Below are positions 33,118 through 42,860 of a stretch of 64,000 nt of DNA, one piece after another. Position 1 is the stretch's first letter; every line of letters starts with the position of its first letter. A program made the translations under genes and the position numbers. The stretch is from Escherichia phage WG01, in sequence record NC_031928.1; one strand, given 5' to 3'. The notes beneath the pieces are model-generated. The model saw only the letters and a list, made by a program, of their open reading frames with translations. It did not search any database and was not told where the DNA came from.

Positions 33118-35100
33118 ATGTCTTTATTATCACCGGGCATTGAGCTCAAAGAAACGTCCGTACAGAGTACTGTCGTTCGTAACGCAACGGGTCGTGCAGC
33201 GCTGGTTGGTAAATTCCAGTGGGGCCCTGCTTTCCAGGTAACTCAGATTACTAATGAAGTTGAACTGGTCGACTTATTTGGAGGTCCTAATAACGAAGTT
33301 GCTGATTACTTCATGTCGGGTATGAACTTCCTCCAGTATGGTAACGACCTTCGTACTGTTCGTGTTGTTAACCGTGAATTCGCTAAAAACGCGTCTCCGG
33401 TAGCGGGTAACGTCCAAACCACTATTACTACTGCAGGTTCTAACTATGCGGTAGGCGATAAAATTAATATCAAATATAACCAGACTGTTGTTGAATCTGA
33501 AGGTCGTGTAACTTCGGTCGATACAGACGGTAAAATTCTATCAGTGTTTATTCCTACCGGCAAGATTATTTCTTATGCTCGTTCTGTTAACCAGTATCCG
33601 AACCTAGGCCCTGCGTGGACTGCTGAAGTTACTTCTGCCTCTTCCGGTGTTTCTGGTACTATTACTGTCGGTAAAATTGTAACCGATTCCGGTATTCTGT
33701 TGACTGAAGCAGAGAACAGTGAAGAAGCTATTACTTCCCTGGAGTTCCAAGCATCTCTTAAACAGTTTGGTATGCCTGGTGTGGTCGCCCTTTATCCTGG
33801 TGAAATTGGTAGTACTCTGGAAGTTGAAATTGTTTCTAAAGCGGCTTATGATGCTGGTTCTACTAAAATGTTGGATATTTATCCAAACGGTGGTACTCGT
33901 GCTTCTGTAGCTAAAGCGGTATTCAACTACGGCCCGCAAACAGATGACCAATACGCAATTATTGTTCGTCGTGATGGCGCTATCGTAGAATCTGTCGTAC
34001 TTTCTACCAAAGAAGGTGAAAAAGACGTTTACGGTAATAACATTTATCTTGACGACTATTTCGCTAAAGGTACTTCTAACTATATTTTTGCTACCTCTTT
34101 GAACTGGCCTAAAGGCTTCAGTGGTATCATTAATCTTATGGGTGGTGTATCTGCTAACGATCAGGTTACTGCGAGTGATTTGATGCAGGGTTGGGATTTG
34201 TTTGCCGACCGTGAAGCACTCCATATTAACCTTTTGATTGCTGGTGCCGTTGCCGGTGAAGGTGATGAAGTTGCTTCTACCGTCCAGAAACACGTTGTTA
34301 GTATTGCTGATGAACGTCAGGATTGCTTGGCATTTATTTCTCCTCCTAAAGGACTGTTGGTTAACGTTCCATTGACTCGTGCAGTAGATAATCTTATCGA
34401 CTGGCGTACCGGTGCAGGTACTTTCGATACCAACAACATGAACATTAGCACCACTTATGCTGCTATTGATGGTAACTATAAATATCAGTATGACAAATAT
34501 AATGACGTAAACCGTTGGGTGCCTCTGGCCGCTGATATGGCTGGTTTGTGTGCACGTACTGATGATGTTTCTCAGCCTTGGATGTCTCCGGCAGGTTATA
34601 ACCGTGGCCAGATTCTTAACGTTCTGAAATTGGCAATTGAACCGCGCCAAGCTCAACGTGACCGCATGTACCAAGAAGCTATTAACCCAGTTGTTGGTTT
34701 TGCTGGTGGCGATGGTTTCGTATTGTTTGGTGATAAGACTGCAACCAAAGTTCCATCTCCGATGGACCACATTAACGTTCGCCGTCTGTTCAACATGCTT
34801 AAGAAAAATATCGGTGATGCCTCTAAATATAAACTGTTTGAATTGAACGACAACTTCACTCGTTCAAGCTTCCGTATGGAAGTTTCTCAGTACTTAGATG
34901 GTATTAAGGCACTTGGTGGGATTTATGAAGGACGTGTGGTTTGTGATACTACAGTGAACACCCCTGCGGTTATCGACCGTAATGAGTTTATTGCTAATAT
35001 CTACGTTAAACCGGCCCGTTCTATTAACTACATCACGTTGAACTTCGTTGCAACGAGCACTGGTGCTGATTTTGATGAATTGATTGGACCTTTAGTATAA
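33118..35100 (+). CDS. 18: tail sheath protein gp18
   Basis: 660 aa (T4 659 aa); late promoter upstream. Confidence 0.9.
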   Translation: MSLLSPGIELKETSVQSTVVRNATGRAALVGKFQWGPAFQVTQITNEVELVDLFGGPNNEVADYFMSGMNFLQYGNDLRTVRVVNREFAKNASPVAGNVQTTITTAGSNYAVGDKINIKYNQTVVESEGRVTSVDTDGKILSVFIPTGKIISYARSVNQYPNLGPAWTAEVTSASSGVSGTITVGKIVTDSGILLTEAENSEEAITSLEFQASLKQFGMPGVVALYPGEIGSTLEVEIVSKAAYDAGSTKMLDIYPNGGTRASVAKAVFNYGPQTDDQYAIIVRRDGAIVESVVLSTKEGEKDVYGNNIYLDDYFAKGTSNYIFATSLNWPKGFSGIINLMGGVSANDQVTASDLMQGWDLFADREALHINLLIAGAVAGEGDEVASTVQKHVVSIADERQDCLAFISPPKGLLVNVPLTRAVDNLIDWRTGAGTFDTNNMNISTTYAAIDGNYKYQYDKYNDVNRWVPLAADMAGLCARTDDVSQPWMSPAGYNRGQILNVLKLAIEPRQAQRDRMYQEAINPVVGFAGGDGFVLFGDKTATKVPSPMDHINVRRLFNMLKKNIGDASKYKLFELNDNFTRSSFRMEVSQYLDGIKALGGIYEGRVVCDTTVNTPAVIDRNEFIANIYVKPARSINYITLNFVATSTGADFDELIGPLV

Positions 35101-35225
35101 TCTATTATCCCAGGCTGTAATATAAAGAACCTAAAACCATTATACCATGAGTTTGGTTACAGCGTACATCACGTAGAATTGCGCCTGGGATTGATTATTC
35201 TTTAGGAATATGATTTATCAACTGT

Positions 35226-35233
35226 TATAAATA
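35226..35233 (+). promoter_or_regulatory. late promoter for gene 19
   Basis: Exact TATAAATA upstream of gene 19; an 8-bp-stem hairpin (35247..35267) lies in the leader. Confidence 0.6.
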
Positions 35234-35285
35234 AATTAATCAGAACGTTCCTGGTGTGTCCAGGAACTGACTTAAGAGGCATCCC

Positions 35286-35777
35286 ATGGAGTTGACAGAT
35301 ATCACTCGTGCGTTTGAGTCAGGTGACTTTGCACGCCCTAACCTTTTCGAAGTGGAAATTCCATTTCTGGGTAAAAACTTTAGCTTTAAATGTAAAGCAG
35401 CACCTATGCCGGCAGGCATTGTAGAAAAAGTACCGGTTGGCTACATGAACCGTAAAATTAACGTAGCCGGTGACCGTACGTTTGATGATTGGACCATTAC
35501 CATTTATAACGATGATGCACATGACACCCGTCAAGCAATTGTCGATTGGCAGAATCTCTGTCACGGTATGACCAATGAAATTACCGGTGCAGCACCTGCA
35601 GAATATAAGAAACAAGCAGTAGTTCGCCAGTTCCATCGTGACGGCAAGACTGTGACCAAAGAAGTTACAATTTACGGCTTATGGCCTACTAACGTTGGTG
35701 AAGTCCAGATGGATTGGGACAGCAACAACGAGGTAGAAACTTTCGAATCTACGTTCGCTATCGATTGGTGGGAATGA
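35286..35777 (+). CDS. 19: tail tube protein gp19
   Basis: 163 aa, same length as T4 gp19; late promoter upstream. Confidence 0.9.
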   Translation: MELTDITRAFESGDFARPNLFEVEIPFLGKNFSFKCKAAPMPAGIVEKVPVGYMNRKINVAGDRTFDDWTITIYNDDAHDTRQAIVDWQNLCHGMTNEITGAAPAEYKKQAVVRQFHRDGKTVTKEVTIYGLWPTNVGEVQMDWDSNNEVETFESTFAIDWWE

Positions 35778-35778
35778 G

Positions 35779-35786
35779 TATAAATA
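35779..35786 (+). promoter_or_regulatory. late promoter for gene 20
   Basis: Exact TATAAATA straddling the gene 19 stop; UUCG hairpin 35797..35810 at the predicted transcript 5' end. Confidence 0.6.
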
Positions 35787-35834
35787 GAATTATCAAGGAG
35801 CTTCGGCTCCTTATCCCATTCATCGGAGACTCTA

Positions 35835-37409
35835 ATGGCAAACTTTAATACAATATTAAGTTTTCTTAAGCCATGGGCTAATGAAGACGAAAAAGAATAT
35901 AAACAACAAATTAATAACAATTTAGAGTCTGTCACCGCACCTAAGCTTGATGATGGCGCTCGCGAAATTGAGACACAAGAGCAAAATATTCCTTATAATG
36001 CTCTTATGCAACAGATGTTTGGTAGTAATGAGCCTGAAGTTAAAAATACCAGGGAACTTATTGATACCTACCGTAATTTAATGAACAACTATGAAGTCGA
36101 CAACGCCGTACAGGAAATTGTGTCTGACGCTATTGTCTATGAGGATGATAAAGAAGTAGTTGCATTGAATTTAGACGGGACAGAATTTAGTCAAGCAATT
36201 AAAGATAAAATCTTGGCCGAATTCAGTGAAGTTTTAAACCTTTTAAATTTCCAACGTAAAGGTACTGACCATTTCCAACGCTGGTATGTAGACTCAAGAA
36301 TTTTCTTTCATAAAATTATAAACCCTAAAAAAATGAAAGATGGCGTACAAGAGCTTCGTCGCTTAGACCCACGCCAAGTCCAATATATTCGTGAAATCGT
36401 TACACGTATGGAAGATGGCGTTAAAGTTGTAGACGGATATCGCGAGTTTTTCGTTTATGATACAGGCCATGAAAGTTATTGCGCTGATGGACGCATTTAT
36501 TCAGCCGGGACTAAAGTTAAAATTCCTCGTGCTGCAGTGGTTTATGCTCATTCTGGATTATTAGATTGTTGTGGTAAAAACATCATTGGCTATTTGCAAC
36601 GTGCTATTAAGCCTGCAAACCAGCTTAAATTGATGGAAGACGCAATGGTCATCTACCGTATTACACGTGCTCCTGACCGTCGTGTGTTTTATATCGATAC
36701 AGGTAATATGCCTTCACGTAAGGCTGCAGCACAAATGCAACATATCATGAACACGATGAAAAACCGTGTGGTGTATGATGCTTCGACAGGTAAAATTAAA
36801 AACCAACAACACAATATGTCCATGACTGAAGACTATTGGTTGCAACGTCGTGATGGTAAAGCGGTAACAGAAGTTGATACAATGCCAGGTGCTACTGGTA
36901 TGAGTGATATGGATGACGTTCTTTATTTCCGCACAGCACTTTACCGTGCGTTGCGTGTTCCTGAATCACGTATCCCTAGCGAGTCTAATTCTGGTGTTAT
37001 GTTTGATGCCGGTACAGCAATCACTCGTGACGAATTAAAATTCTCTAAATGGATTCGTCAACTACAAAACAAATTTGAAGAAATTTTCCTAGACCCGTTA
37101 AAAACAAACCTCATTCTTAAAAAGATTATTACAGAAGATGAGTGGGAAAAGGAAATAAATAATATTAAAGTTACGTTTAACCGTGATAGCTATTTCAGTG
37201 AAATGAAAGATGCTGAAATCATGGAACGCAGAATCAATATGCTAACGATGGCTGAACCATTTATTGGTAAGTATATTTCACATCAAACGGCTATGAAAGA
37301 TTTCCTCCAAATGACCGACGAAGAAATTAATCAAGAAGCTAAGCAAATTGAAGAAGAGTCTAAAGAGGCTCGTTTCCAAAACCCAGATGAAGAAGAAGAG
37401 GATTTCTAA
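35835..37409 (+). CDS. 20: portal vertex protein gp20
   Basis: 524 aa, same as T4; late promoter upstream. Confidence 0.9.
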   Translation: MANFNTILSFLKPWANEDEKEYKQQINNNLESVTAPKLDDGAREIETQEQNIPYNALMQQMFGSNEPEVKNTRELIDTYRNLMNNYEVDNAVQEIVSDAIVYEDDKEVVALNLDGTEFSQAIKDKILAEFSEVLNLLNFQRKGTDHFQRWYVDSRIFFHKIINPKKMKDGVQELRRLDPRQVQYIREIVTRMEDGVKVVDGYREFFVYDTGHESYCADGRIYSAGTKVKIPRAAVVYAHSGLLDCCGKNIIGYLQRAIKPANQLKLMEDAMVIYRITRAPDRRVFYIDTGNMPSRKAAAQMQHIMNTMKNRVVYDASTGKIKNQQHNMSMTEDYWLQRRDGKAVTEVDTMPGATGMSDMDDVLYFRTALYRALRVPESRIPSESNSGVMFDAGTAITRDELKFSKWIRQLQNKFEEIFLDPLKTNLILKKIITEDEWEKEINNIKVTFNRDSYFSEMKDAEIMERRINMLTMAEPFIGKYISHQTAMKDFLQMTDEEINQEAKQIEEESKEARFQNPDEEEEDF

Positions 37410-37654
37410 TGGAAGATTTAATCGAAGCTATTAAATCAAACGACCTCGTAGCAGTTCGTAAAGCAGCAGCCCCGCTTATCGAATCTCGAGTAACCGCTTT
37501 GATTGAAGCCCGTAAAGCAGAAATTGCTCGCTCCGTTATGATTGAAGGCGAAGAAGCTGACGAAGATGACGAAGACGACGAAAAATCCGATAAAGCAGAT
37601 AAGAAAGACAAAAAAGAATCTGACGATGCGGATGATGACGAGGACGACGAATAA
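37409..37654 (+). CDS. 67: prohead core protein gp67
   Basis: 81 aa with highly acidic C-terminus; between portal and gp68. Confidence 0.8.
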   Translation: MEDLIEAIKSNDLVAVRKAAAPLIESRVTALIEARKAEIARSVMIEGEEADEDDEDDEKSDKADKKDKKESDDADDDEDDE

Positions 37655-38082
37655 TGTTCCTTATCCCTGATGATTACGAATTAACTCTAGAAAGCGTAGA
37701 GGCCAAAATTCCAGAAGCACAGGGACGTTTTGCTGCTCTTTCTGAAGCGCTCGAGAAAAGCGATATAAATAATCTTGTAGAGAACATGATTGCTGAAGGC
37801 GATATCGAATGTGCTATCGCTCTTGGTTCTTTAAATGAATCAATGGCTCTTAACGAATTTATCGTTAAACACGTTTCCTCTAAAGGTGAGCTTACTCGTA
37901 CTAAAGATATTAAAACCCGTCAACGTAATGCGTTCCAAACGACAGGTTTATCTAAAGCAAAACGCCGTCAGATTGCTCGTAAAGCATCTAAAACCAAACG
38001 TGCTAATCCGTCTACTCAAGTACGTGCCGAACGTAAGCGTAAGAAAGCCCGTTCTAAACGTAAAGCTTTTGGACTTAACTAA
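37654..38082 (+). CDS. 68: prohead core protein gp68
   Basis: 142 aa (T4 141 aa); basic C-terminus. Confidence 0.8.
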   Translation: MFLIPDDYELTLESVEAKIPEAQGRFAALSEALEKSDINNLVENMIAEGDIECAIALGSLNESMALNEFIVKHVSSKGELTRTKDIKTRQRNAFQTTGLSKAKRRQIARKASKTKRANPSTQVRAERKRKKARSKRKAFGLN

Positions 38083-38717
38083 TGAAACCTGAATTGCTCA
38101 TCGAACATTGGGGACAACCAGGTGAAATTATCGATGGGGTTCCTATGTTGGAATCTCATGATGGAAAAAATTCTGGGCTTGCTCCCGGCCTTTATATAGA
38201 AGGCATTTTCATGCAAGCAGAGGTAGTTAACCGTAATAAACGCCTTTACCCAAAACCTATTTTGGAAAAAGCCGTTGCCGATTATATGGCAGAACAGGTT
38301 GCTACTAAACAAGCTTTAGGAGAATTAAACCACCCACCTCGTGCTAACGTTGACCCTATGCAAGCTGCTATCATTATTGAAGATATGTGGTGGAAAGGTA
38401 ATGATGTTTATGGACGTGCACGTATCATCGAAGGTGACCATGGCCCGGGTGATAAACTAGCTGCAAATATCCGAGCTGGCTGGGTTCCTGGTGTTAGTTC
38501 TCGCGGTCTTGGTTCTTTAACTGAAACCAATAAAGGATATAAGCGTGTAAACGAAGGTTATAAATTAACCGTCGGTGTTGATGCAGTATGGGGACCATCT
38601 GCTCCTGATGCTTATGTAACTCCGAAGCAAATTACAGAATCACAAACGGTAGAAACCGATACCAGTGCCGATGACGCCTTTATGGCTCTCGCAGAGGCCA
38701 TGAAAAAAGCGTTATAA
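38082..38717 (+). CDS. 21: prohead core protease gp21
   Basis: 211 aa (T4 212 aa); position before scaffold gene. Confidence 0.85.
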   Translation: MKPELLIEHWGQPGEIIDGVPMLESHDGKNSGLAPGLYIEGIFMQAEVVNRNKRLYPKPILEKAVADYMAEQVATKQALGELNHPPRANVDPMQAAIIIEDMWWKGNDVYGRARIIEGDHGPGDKLAANIRAGWVPGVSSRGLGSLTETNKGYKRVNEGYKLTVGVDAVWGPSAPDAYVTPKQITESQTVETDTSADDAFMALAEAMKKAL

Positions 38718-38720
38718 ATA
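38713..38720 (+). promoter_or_regulatory. late promoter for gene 22
   Basis: Exact TATAAATA 28 nt upstream of the gene 22 ATG. Confidence 0.65.
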
Positions 38721-38747
38721 TTATTATCTAAACAACAGGACTACAAA

Positions 38748-39563
38748 ATGCTTAAAGAACAACTGATCGCCGAAGCACAGAATATTGATGCTTCCGTTGC
38801 TCTTGACAGTATTTTCGAATCAGTTAATATTTCTCCGGAAGCAAAAGAAACTTTCGGCACTGTATTCGAAGCTACCGTCAAGCAACACGCCGTGAAACTG
38901 GCTGAATCTCACATCGCTAAAATCGCTGAAAAAGCGGAAGAAGAAGTCGAGAAAAATAAAGAAGAAGCTGAAGAAAAAGCCGATAAGAAAATCCAAGAAG
39001 CTGCCGGTCGTTTCCTTGACCACGTTGCTAAAGAATGGATGGCTGAAAACCAGCTGGCTGTTGATAAAGGTATTAAAGCCGAACTGTTCGAATCCATGTT
39101 GATGGGTATGAAAGAACTGTTTGTTGAACACAATGTGGTTGTTCCAGAAGAAGCAGTAGATGTTGTTGCTGAAATGGAAGAAGAGCTCCAAGAGCAGAAA
39201 GATGAAACCGCTCGTCTGTTCGAAGAAGTTGGTATGCGCGATGCGTATATTAATTACGTACAGCGTGAAGTTGCTGTTACGGAAGCAACTAAAGACCTGA
39301 CCGAATCTCAAAAAGAAAAAGTCAGTTCTCTGGTAGAAGGCATGGATTATTCCGATGCATTCGGTAAAAAAATTGGCGCTATTGTTGAAATGGTTAAAGG
39401 TCAGTCTGACGTTGGAAACCCAATCACCGAAGCCGCTATAAATAAAAATGTAGACGATGCTGCGGCACTGAATTACATTTCAGAAGCAGTTGAAGAAAAA
39501 GGCGCTAAGCCTACCCTGTCCTTCGCGGACCTGTCTGCAATCGCAGCATCACGAATTTCTTAA
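38748..39563 (+). CDS. 22: prohead core scaffold protein gp22
   Basis: 271 aa, Glu/Lys/Ala-rich helical; late promoter upstream. Confidence 0.85.
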   Translation: MLKEQLIAEAQNIDASVALDSIFESVNISPEAKETFGTVFEATVKQHAVKLAESHIAKIAEKAEEEVEKNKEEAEEKADKKIQEAAGRFLDHVAKEWMAENQLAVDKGIKAELFESMLMGMKELFVEHNVVVPEEAVDVVAEMEEELQEQKDETARLFEEVGMRDAYINYVQREVAVTEATKDLTESQKEKVSSLVEGMDYSDAFGKKIGAIVEMVKGQSDVGNPITEAAINKNVDDAAALNYISEAVEEKGAKPTLSFADLSAIAASRIS

Positions 39564-39584
39564 TTTAATAAGGTTATACAACAC

Positions 39585-41144
39585 ATGAAAAAGAATGCAT
39601 TAGTTCAAAAATGGTCCGCTCTGCTGGAAAACGAAGCCCTTCCTGAAATCGTGGGTGCTTCTAAACAAGCTATCATCGCTAAAATTTTCGAAAACCAGGA
39701 ACAAGACATCCTGACTGCTCCGGAATATCGTGATGAAAAAATCTCTGAAGCATTTGGTTCTTTCCTGACCGAAGCTGAAATTGGTGGTGACCACGGTTAT
39801 GATGCTACCAATATCGCAGCTGGCCAGACTTCTGGTGCTGTAACTCAGATTGGGCCGGCAGTAATGGGTATGGTTCGTCGTGCTATTCCTCATCTGATTG
39901 CTTTTGATATTTGTGGTGTTCAGCCTCTGAATAACCCTACCGGCCAGGTATTTGCCCTTCGTGCAGTTTATGGTAAAGACCCTATCGCTGCTGGCGCTAA
40001 AGAAGCTTTCCATCCGATGTATTCTCCGGATGCTATGTTCTCTGGTCAGGGTGCTGCTGAATCTTTCGAAGCACTGGCTGCAAGCAAAGTTCTGGAAGTT
40101 GGTAAAATTTATTCTCACTTCTTCGAAGCTACCGGTGCTGCACACTTCCAGGCTGTTGAAGCCGTAACCGTTGATGCTGCTGCTACTGATGCCGCTAAAC
40201 TGGATGCTGCTGTTACCGCTTTGATTGAAGCTGGTAAGTTGGCTGAATTGGCTGAAGGTATGGCTACTTCTATCGCTGAACTTCAGGAAGGCTTTAACGG
40301 TTCTACCGATAACCCGTGGAACGAAATGGGCTTCCGCATCGACAAACAAGTTATCGAAGCTAAATCCCGTCAGCTGAAAGCAAGCTACTCTATCGAACTG
40401 GCACAGGACCTTCGTGCAGTACACGGTATGGATGCAGATGCTGAACTGTCCGGTATCCTTGCTACCGAAATTATGCTCGAAATCAACCGTGAAGTTATCG
40501 ATTGGATTAACTACTCTGCACAGGTTGGTAAATCTGGTATGACCAACACCGTTGGCGCTAAAGCTGGTGTGTTTGACTTCCAGGACCCGATTGATATCCG
40601 TGGTGCTCGTTGGGCCGGTGAGAGCTTTAAAGCCCTTCTGTTCCAGATTGATAAAGAAGCAGCCGAAATCGCTCGTCAGACCGGTCGTGGTGCTGGTAAC
40701 TTCATCATCGCTTCCCGTAACGTAGTTAACGTACTGGCTGCAGTTGATACTTCTGTAAGTTATGCAGCTCAAGGTCTGGGTCAAGGTTTCAACGTTGACA
40801 CAACCAAAGCAGTATTTGCCGGTGTTCTTGGTGGTAAATATCGCGTTTACATCGACCAGTATGCACGTTCCGATTACTTCACCATCGGTTATAAAGGCGC
40901 TAACGAAATGGACGCAGGTATCTACTACGCTCCGTACGTTGCACTGACCCCGCTGCGTGGTTCCGATCCGAAGAACTTCCAACCGGTAATGGGCTTCAAA
41001 ACTCGTTACGGTATCGGTATCAACCCGTTCGCTGACCCGTCTGCACAGGCTCCTACCAAACGTATTCAGAGCGGTATGCCTGACATCGTTAACAGCCTTG
41101 GTCTGAATGGTTATTTTCGTCGGGTTTATGTCAAAGGAATTTGA
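39585..41144 (+). CDS. 23: major capsid protein gp23
   Basis: 519 aa (T4 521 aa); strong terminator downstream. Confidence 0.9.
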   Translation: MKKNALVQKWSALLENEALPEIVGASKQAIIAKIFENQEQDILTAPEYRDEKISEAFGSFLTEAEIGGDHGYDATNIAAGQTSGAVTQIGPAVMGMVRRAIPHLIAFDICGVQPLNNPTGQVFALRAVYGKDPIAAGAKEAFHPMYSPDAMFSGQGAAESFEALAASKVLEVGKIYSHFFEATGAAHFQAVEAVTVDAAATDAAKLDAAVTALIEAGKLAELAEGMATSIAELQEGFNGSTDNPWNEMGFRIDKQVIEAKSRQLKASYSIELAQDLRAVHGMDADAELSGILATEIMLEINREVIDWINYSAQVGKSGMTNTVGAKAGVFDFQDPIDIRGARWAGESFKALLFQIDKEAAEIARQTGRGAGNFIIASRNVVNVLAAVDTSVSYAAQGLGQGFNVDTTKAVFAGVLGGKYRVYIDQYARSDYFTIGYKGANEMDAGIYYAPYVALTPLRGSDPKNFQPVMGFKTRYGIGINPFADPSAQAPTKRIQSGMPDIVNSLGLNGYFRRVYVKGI

Positions 41145-41175
41145 TAACATAAGTTATTAATTCTTAAAATTATTT

Positions 41176-41205
41176 GGGAGACTTCGGTCTCCCATTCTTG
41201 TTTCT
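41176..41205 (+). terminator. intrinsic terminator after gene 23
   Basis: GGGAGACTTCGGTCTCCC hairpin followed by a T-rich tract. Confidence 0.7.
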
Positions 41206-41208
41206 GTA

Positions 41209-41490
41209 TTATGCAATCTTAACTCGGCGGTTGATGATATCACGGAAGTCAATACGATTTTCTTGGATTTTCAGCCAGTTACCAGATTTGTCTTTGGTAT
41301 GGGTAGAGTATTCACCGTTCCACCAGAAGTCGGTAGCATAAGCCATGGCTTCGTATTTCTTAACTAAGGCATTCACTGCATTACCATTAGGATTGTTACC
41401 GAATTTTTCTACCAGAGCTTTGATGTCTTTATCAAGAGCGGAAAGAGTAGTACGAATAAAGTTTAACTTGTTCATTTTTAATCTCCTCAT
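41209..41490 (-). CDS. hypothetical small protein in the 23-24 intergenic slot
   Basis: 93-aa ORF on opposite strand with early-promoter cassette and AGGAGA RBS; T4 has segD at this position. Confidence 0.45.
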   Translation of the reverse strand: MRRLKMNKLNFIRTTLSALDKDIKALVEKFGNNPNGNAVNALVKKYEAMAYATDFWWNGEYSTHTKDKSGNWLKIQENRIDFRDIINRRVKIA

Positions 41491-41504
41491 GTTTTGATAG
41501 GTCT

Positions 41505-41534
41505 ATAGTAACATGTGAGAATCTTGCTGTAAAC
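41505..41534 (-). promoter_or_regulatory. early-type promoter cassette
   Basis: GTTTAC, 18 nt, TACTAT plus AGACCTATCAAAAC; upstream of ORF 41209..41490, back-to-back with the gene 24 late promoter. Confidence 0.5.
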
Positions 41535-41540
41535 AACTTT

Positions 41541-41548
41541 TATAAATA
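41541..41548 (+). promoter_or_regulatory. late promoter for gene 24
   Basis: Exact TATAAATA 29 nt upstream of the gene 24 ATG. Confidence 0.65.
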
Positions 41549-41576
41549 AACATATACCCTCAATAAGGAAAGCGCA

Positions 41577-42860
41577 ATGGCAAAGATTAACGAATTACTG
41601 CGCGAGTCAACAACTACTTCCAGCAACTCATTGGGTCGCCCTAATCTTGTTGCTTTGACCCGTGCTACAACCAAATTGATTTACCGTGATATTATCGCCG
41701 AACAACGTACTAGCCAGCCTATTGCTGCACTGTATGGTGTCAAATATCTTACCCCTGATAATGAATTTAGTTTCCAGACAGGTGCCTCTTATGGTGGTGA
41801 AGTTGGTTCTAAAGACCGTGAAACTATCCCAGAACTCACAGATAAGGCCCAGGCGATTGCTCAGGGTGAATATTTCAAGTACCAGAATGTGGTTTATAAG
41901 GCTCTTAAAGCAAGCCCACTCGCGTCCACTAGCGCCCCAGAATTGGCTGATGCTCTTCAAGAAGGTTTAGTGTCATTAACATGTCGTCTGGTTCCTGATG
42001 CTGCCCATACCACTAAATTTGAAGCGAGTGATGTAGAAATCTCTGATGCTGTATTCCAGGTTAATAAATGGAATGCTCCGGTTAAGACCCGTAAATTGAA
42101 GACGGCTTTGACTGTAGAATTAGCGCAGGATATGGAATCAAATGGCTTTGACGCGCCGGCGTTCTTAGAAGACCTCTTGGCTACAGTAATGGCAGATGAA
42201 ATTAATAAAGACGTTCTGCAATCTCTAATAACCGTATCCAAACGTTATAAAGTTACTGGTGTATCTGATAACGGCATCATCGATTTGTCTTATGACAGTG
42301 CTCCTGAATCTGCACGTAAACTTTATGAACTCGTTTGTGAGATGAATTCTGAAATCCAGAAAACTACTTCTTATTCTGGCACGTTTGTTGTGGCTTCAAG
42401 TCGTGTGGCTGCAATGCTTGCAGGTTCTGGCTGGTTAAAACATAAACCCGAAGATAATAATTGGCTTCCGGAAACTGCATACGGATATTTGTTGAATGGT
42501 CTGCCTCTGTTTTGTGACGTTAACAGTCCATTAGATTATGTTACCGTTGGTGTTAAAGAGAATTACGGCGGTAATGAAGTTGTCGGTTCTATTTTCTACG
42601 CTCCCTATACCGAAGGCTTAGATTTAGATGACCAAGAACACGTCGGTGCTTATAAGGTTATTGTTGACCCGGATTCATTACAACCTTCTATTTCTCTGAT
42701 GGTTCGTTATGCACTATCAGCTAACCCGTACACCGTGGCTAAAGACGATAAAGAAGCTCGTGTTATCGATGCAACCAATATGGATTTAATGGCTGGACAG
42801 AGCAATATGTCTTATCTGGTTGGCGTTAAACTTCCGGCAATTATTTACGAGGCTGATTAA
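41577..42860 (+). CDS. 24: capsid vertex protein gp24
   Basis: 427 aa; N-terminus MAKINELLRESTTT is T4 gp24-like; late promoter upstream. Confidence 0.9.
   Translation: MAKINELLRESTTTSSNSLGRPNLVALTRATTKLIYRDIIAEQRTSQPIAALYGVKYLTPDNEFSFQTGASYGGEVGSKDRETIPELTDKAQAIAQGEYFKYQNVVYKALKASPLASTSAPELADALQEGLVSLTCRLVPDAAHTTKFEASDVEISDAVFQVNKWNAPVKTRKLKTALTVELAQDMESNGFDAPAFLEDLLATVMADEINKDVLQSLITVSKRYKVTGVSDNGIIDLSYDSAPESARKLYELVCEMNSEIQKTTSYSGTFVVASSRVAAMLAGSGWLKHKPEDNNWLPETAYGYLLNGLPLFCDVNSPLDYVTVGVKENYGGNEVVGSIFYAPYTEGLDLDDQEHVGAYKVIVDPDSLQPSISLMVRYALSANPYTVAKDDKEARVIDATNMDLMAGQSNMSYLVGVKLPAIIYEAD

Noticed and set aside
33604-34770. 388-aa minus-strand ORF inside the tail sheath gene
   Set aside because: Lies entirely antisense within the strongly supported gene 18 reading frame; low-complexity, Cys/Thr/Asn-rich composition typical of a shadow ORF.
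39600-41150. 516-aa minus-strand ORF antisense to the major capsid gene
   Set aside because: Spans almost exactly the gene 23 coding region on the opposite strand; gene 23 has the promoter, RBS, terminator and T4-like sequence, so this is an antisense artefact.
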